In this document: positions 17,290 to 20,280 of the stretch, one piece after another
Numbering within the stretch: position 1 is the stretch's first letter
Layout of the letters: the number at the start of each line of letters is the position of its first letter
NCBI GenBank assembly: GCA_016839745.1
Contig: JAEOTS010000055.1
Span: 1 to 20,280 of the forward strand
Length of the DNA stretch: 20,280 bases
Direction: 5' to 3'
Source of the DNA: Promethearchaeota archaeon
GTDB taxonomy: Archaea > Asgardarchaeota > Lokiarchaeia > Sigyniarchaeales > SOKP01
The notes under the pieces: model-generated
The model's database searches: none
What the model was told of the DNA's origin: nothing
Seen by the model: the letters and a program-made list of their open reading frames with translations, nothing else
Made by a program: the position numbers and the translations under genes

Positions 17290-17658
17290 ATGACAACCTA
17301 TTCTTTTTTTATTAGTACTGAACCTTATAAATTTGAGGCGAGCGATTCGTTAATAGAAATGTGCAAATCTTTAATTAAAAAAGGGAACACGATTAAGGGA
17401 TTTTTTTTCTTTGGAACTGGCGTTTACAACATTAAGGGAGATATTAGTTGTGGCTCGTCCATAAGAGATATCCCTAAAAAATTAGAAAAATTTACTTTAG
17501 ACAATAATATTCCAGTGGCGGGGTGTTCTACCTGGGTAAGTTTAACAGGTTTAAATGAGTCAACTTTCATTGAGGGGGCGACCGAAGAAGGCTTAGGAGA
17601 TTTTTCTAATTGGGCTGTAGAATCAGACAAAATAATAGTATTTGGCACGGGGGGATAA
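17290..17658 (+). CDS. dsrE: DsrE/TusD-like sulfurtransferase subunit
   Basis: STEPY, FFFFGTGVYN, VAGCSTW (candidate persulfide Cys), GLGDF..WAVESDKIIVF; first of three DsrEFH-sized genes. Confidence 0.75.
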   Translation: MTTYSFFISTEPYKFEASDSLIEMCKSLIKKGNTIKGFFFFGTGVYNIKGDISCGSSIRDIPKKLEKFTLDNNIPVAGCSTWVSLTGLNESTFIEGATEEGLGDFSNWAVESDKIIVFGTGG

Positions 17659-17663
17659 TCATA

Positions 17664-18032
17664 ATGATAGAATCTGTAGTAATAATAACCGATCAATCAC
17701 CAATGGGCAAAAATTCCGCTTTAGAAGCAATTCGTATAGGGTCGGGATTCGTTGCGCTTGGAGAATATGTTAACTGTCAAATCGTATTTACGGGAGACGC
17801 GGTGTATTTACTCAACAAAAACGCTAAACCAGAGGCAATTGGGATGGACTCATTAGATGAAGTTATGGAGATCGCGGACTTATCAGACTTAGAACTTTAT
17901 GTTGTGGATCAGGCGTTAAAAGATGCAGGGATGAGTAATGATGACCTGGTTGAATACGAAAATTTGAAGATCATCACGATTGATGAAGTTGTTGAATTAA
18001 TTGAAAACGCAGATACAAGTTTTAGATTTTAA
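17664..18032 (+). CDS. dsrF: DsrF/TusC-like subunit
   Basis: VVIITDQSPMG...ALEAIR...VFTGDAVYLL...YVVDQAL..AGM. Start moved from 17610 to ATG 17664, just after the dsrE stop. Confidence 0.75.
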   Translation: MIESVVIITDQSPMGKNSALEAIRIGSGFVALGEYVNCQIVFTGDAVYLLNKNAKPEAIGMDSLDEVMEIADLSDLELYVVDQALKDAGMSNDDLVEYENLKIITIDEVVELIENADTSFRF

Positions 18033-18048
18033 TAGAGGAGAATAAAAA

Positions 18049-18390
18049 ATGTCCGAAAATAGAAATGTGTTGTATTTGTTTGGATATAGTGAAATGACGG
18101 GGATGCACTTAGAGAGGTTAATGCCGATTTTGAAAGCACAAATTAACAAGGGTTCACAGCTTGGATTAGTATTAATTCACGACGGAGTAATAGGAATTAA
18201 TAAGAAAGGTAAGATTCCGGTGAAAATGGAAGAACTACTCAACATGAATATCACTATTTATGCAATGATCCCTGATTTACAGGCTCGCGGTATAGCTCTA
18301 GAAAATATTCACGACAAGATTAAGCCTATTGGATATGACGATTTAATCGATATATTAGATTTAACACCAAAGATAATATCTTGGATGTAA
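18049..18390 (+). CDS. dsrH: DsrH/TusB-like subunit
   Basis: LVLIHDGVIG...IYAMIPDLQARGI...IGYDDLIDIL....KIISW. Confidence 0.8.
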   Translation: MSENRNVLYLFGYSEMTGMHLERLMPILKAQINKGSQLGLVLIHDGVIGINKKGKIPVKMEELLNMNITIYAMIPDLQARGIALENIHDKIKPIGYDDLIDILDLTPKIISWM

Positions 18391-18511
18391 TAAATCCAGG
18401 AAATCAAAATAGATTTTTTGAAAATAATGGTAATAAAATATTACAAAATTTTGGAATATAAATGAATTAAAAATTAAAAAACAAAAAATAAAAAAACAGA
18501 AGTGAAAAAAT

Positions 18512-18928
18512 ATGGGAGAAACAATAAACTATATAGTTAAGGACAAATCATTCGAGAAGTTCGCAATGATGATGCTCCTAGGTACCACAGCAGACGCTAT
18601 GGAAACAAAATCCAACTTTTTCTTCACCTTTTGGGGATTAAACTTATTAACCAAAAAGTTTAAACCAAAAGTTGCTGGAATGCCTACACCTATGAAAGGT
18701 ATGGGTGCCAAAATCTTTAAAAAAAGGATGGCTAAGTTTGGAATTGAAGATCCAATGGGTATGATTAAAGACGCTGTCGAAAATGGGAACATGAAATTAT
18801 TTCCATGCCAAATGACAATGGATTTAATGGGTATAAAACGAGAAGAAATGTTTGATTTCGTTGAAGATCCTGTTGGTGCTGCAACATTCTTAGAAATGAG
18901 TGAAGGCGGAAAGATAGTCTCACTATAA
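18512..18928 (+). CDS. DsrE2/YrkE-type (DsrE/DsrF/DsrH-like) sulfur carrier
   Basis: FFFTFWGLNLL and PCQMTMDLMG...VGAATFLE are typical of this family. Confidence 0.85.
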   Translation: MGETINYIVKDKSFEKFAMMMLLGTTADAMETKSNFFFTFWGLNLLTKKFKPKVAGMPTPMKGMGAKIFKKRMAKFGIEDPMGMIKDAVENGNMKLFPCQMTMDLMGIKREEMFDFVEDPVGAATFLEMSEGGKIVSL

Positions 18929-18947
18929 ATAAACTAAATTTACAAAA

Positions 18948-18959
18948 TTTTTTTTTTTT
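18948..18959 (+). terminator. T12 tract between dsrE2 and hdrC (possible terminator or attenuator)
   Basis: Twelve consecutive T starting 20 nt after the stop; oligo-T is the archaeal intrinsic termination signal. Confidence 0.4.
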
Positions 18960-18986
18960 ATTTAAGCTAATAAAATGGTGGAAAAA

Positions 18987-19553
18987 ATGGCAGAAACGAA
19001 AGAAGAACACCGGGAATATAAGACAGATGAAGATTTCGACAAAGCGTATTTCAAAGATATAGAAAGAAAGTCGAATATCTGGCAATGTATACAGTGTGGT
19101 TCTTGTACCGCGAGTTGTGAAAGTGGTAGATGGACTGCTTTAAAGACCCGTTCGATTATTCGAAAAGTAGTTCTTGGTGATTTATCTGTGCTTGAGGATC
19201 CTGATATTTGGTTGTGTACGACTTGTTACCAATGTTACGAGCGTTGTCCTCGTGATGTAAGGCCAACTGATGTAATAATGGAACTCAGAAATTACGCTAC
19301 TAAATTAGGAAACATATCACCTACTCATAGAGCGGTCGTTGGATACTTAAAGAATTTTGGACACGCCGTTCCGATAAATGACGAGGTTAGAAAACGAAGG
19401 GTCGAATTAGGGTTGGAAGAACTCCCTCCAACTGCGTTTAAATTTAAACAAGAGGGAGATGATGAAGATTTAAAGAAATTTGAAGAACATTTATTCGATT
19501 TACCTCCTCCAAAGGAGGAGAAAAAAAAGGATGAAAAAAAAGGGGAGAAGTAA
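18987..19553 (+). CDS. hdrC: Heterodisulfide reductase subunit C (2x[4Fe-4S])
   Basis: CIQCGSCTASC and IWLCTTCYQCYERCPR motifs, GHAVPIN...R..LGL.ELPPT. Start either 18975 or 18987 (GGTGG RBS favours 18987). Confidence 0.92.
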   Translation: MAETKEEHREYKTDEDFDKAYFKDIERKSNIWQCIQCGSCTASCESGRWTALKTRSIIRKVVLGDLSVLEDPDIWLCTTCYQCYERCPRDVRPTDVIMELRNYATKLGNISPTHRAVVGYLKNFGHAVPINDEVRKRRVELGLEELPPTAFKFKQEGDDEDLKKFEEHLFDLPPPKEEKKKDEKKGEK

Positions 19554-19556
19554 GAA

Positions 19557-20280
19557 ATGGTAAAAGAACAAACATTTTCGTTTTTTCTCGGATGTCTCAT
19601 GCCAAATCGATATCCTGCTATAGAAAAAGCTACAAAGTTTGTAATGGAAAAACTAGGGTATGAGATCTTAGACATGGAACGCGCCAGTTGTTGTCCAGCA
19701 CCAGGGGTCTTTCGATCCTTTAACAAGGTTGATTGGATGGTGGCGGGTGCCAGAAACCTATGTATAGCTGAAAAACTTGATGCTGACATTCTTACAGTTT
19801 GTAATGGGTGCTTTGGCACGCTTCAAGAGATTAACAAACATTTGAAAGAGAACGAGGAACACAGAGAATTAGTGAATGAAAAGCTAAAACTGCTCGGAGA
19901 TTACGAGTTTAAAGGCACGATTGATGTACGTCATGTAGCTGAAGTATTAGGATACGAAGTTGGTCCTTGGGGGATAGAGGATCTAATTACTAGAAAATTA
20001 AACGCTCGTGCGGCTGTACATTATGGTTGTCATTTTTTAAAACCAACAAGAATTCGAGAGATTGAAAGTTCAGAAGGACCGACGATTGTTGAAGAATTCA
20101 TTGAAGTATTAGGAGTGGAATCTGTTCGATTCAAAGAGCAATTAACATGTTGTGGTGCTGGTGGAGGCGTAAAAGCGTATTCGGGCGATACGAGTATGAC
20201 GATTTTCGGAGAAAAAATGAAAAATATTGAAGAGGTTAAACCAGACTTTATTTTAGATATTTGTCCGTTCTGTCATTTAC
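19557..20280 (+). CDS. hdrB: Heterodisulfide reductase subunit B; partial, runs off the right edge
   Basis: Not in the ORF track. Hand translation MVKEQTFSFFLGCLMPNRYPAIE...ASCCPAPGVFRS...TVCNGCFGTL...VHYGCHFLKP...TCCGAGGGV...DICPFCHL shows both CCG domains. Confidence 0.95.
   Translation, partial: MVKEQTFSFFLGCLMPNRYPAIEKATKFVMEKLGYEILDMERASCCPAPGVFRSFNKVDWMVAGARNLCIAEKLDADILTVCNGCFGTLQEINKHLKENEEHRELVNEKLKLLGDYEFKGTIDVRHVAEVLGYEVGPWGIEDLITRKLNARAAVHYGCHFLKPTRIREIESSEGPTIVEEFIEVLGVESVRFKEQLTCCGAGGGVKAYSGDTSMTIFGEKMKNIEEVKPDFILDICPFCHL

Noticed and set aside
17290-18390. Reverse-Dsr sulfur oxidation operon
   Set aside because: No dsrAB, dsrC or dsrMKJOP in the window; DsrEFH-like genes alone do not establish that pathway.
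19325-19819. 164-aa minus-strand ORF
   Set aside because: Shadow of hdrC/hdrB, whose Cys motifs are unambiguous.
17035-20280. Selenocysteine recoding in the sulfur/Hdr genes
   Set aside because: No in-frame TGA at a Cys position; complete genes end in TAA and the hdrB frame is open to the edge.

Overview
AT-rich archaeal window, most likely Asgard (Lokiarchaeia/Promethearchaeota), judging from an IPGY-TM-basic (Loki-CTERM-type) sorting tail, GGTGA ribosome-binding sites, TATA boxes and a ubiquitin-fold-like ORF. From left to right: (1) a partial ubiquitin-like gene missed by the ORF track; (2) an orphan DppB-type permease lacking its EAA loop, downstream of two NosD/beta-helix surface-protein genes that share a duplicated leader and signal-peptide module; (3) a tandem array of four zinc-independent MDR (Qor-like) oxidoreductases, a stub of a fifth, a DUF6326-like membrane protein and a possible half attC site; (4) a RelE/ParE toxin-antitoxin pair; (5) a ~3.8-kb islet bracketed by an intact lrp/asnC gene and a diverged, frameshifted copy of its 3' end, carrying a NosD surface protein coupled to a membrane-anchored winged-helix regulator, a small HTH ORF, a secreted orphan and two 140-bp direct repeats; (6) divergent from lrp, a sulfur-relay/heterodisulfide reductase cluster tusA-dsrE-dsrF-dsrH-dsrE2-hdrC-hdrB that runs off the right edge. 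All family calls come from motif recognition and hand alignment; no database searches were run.
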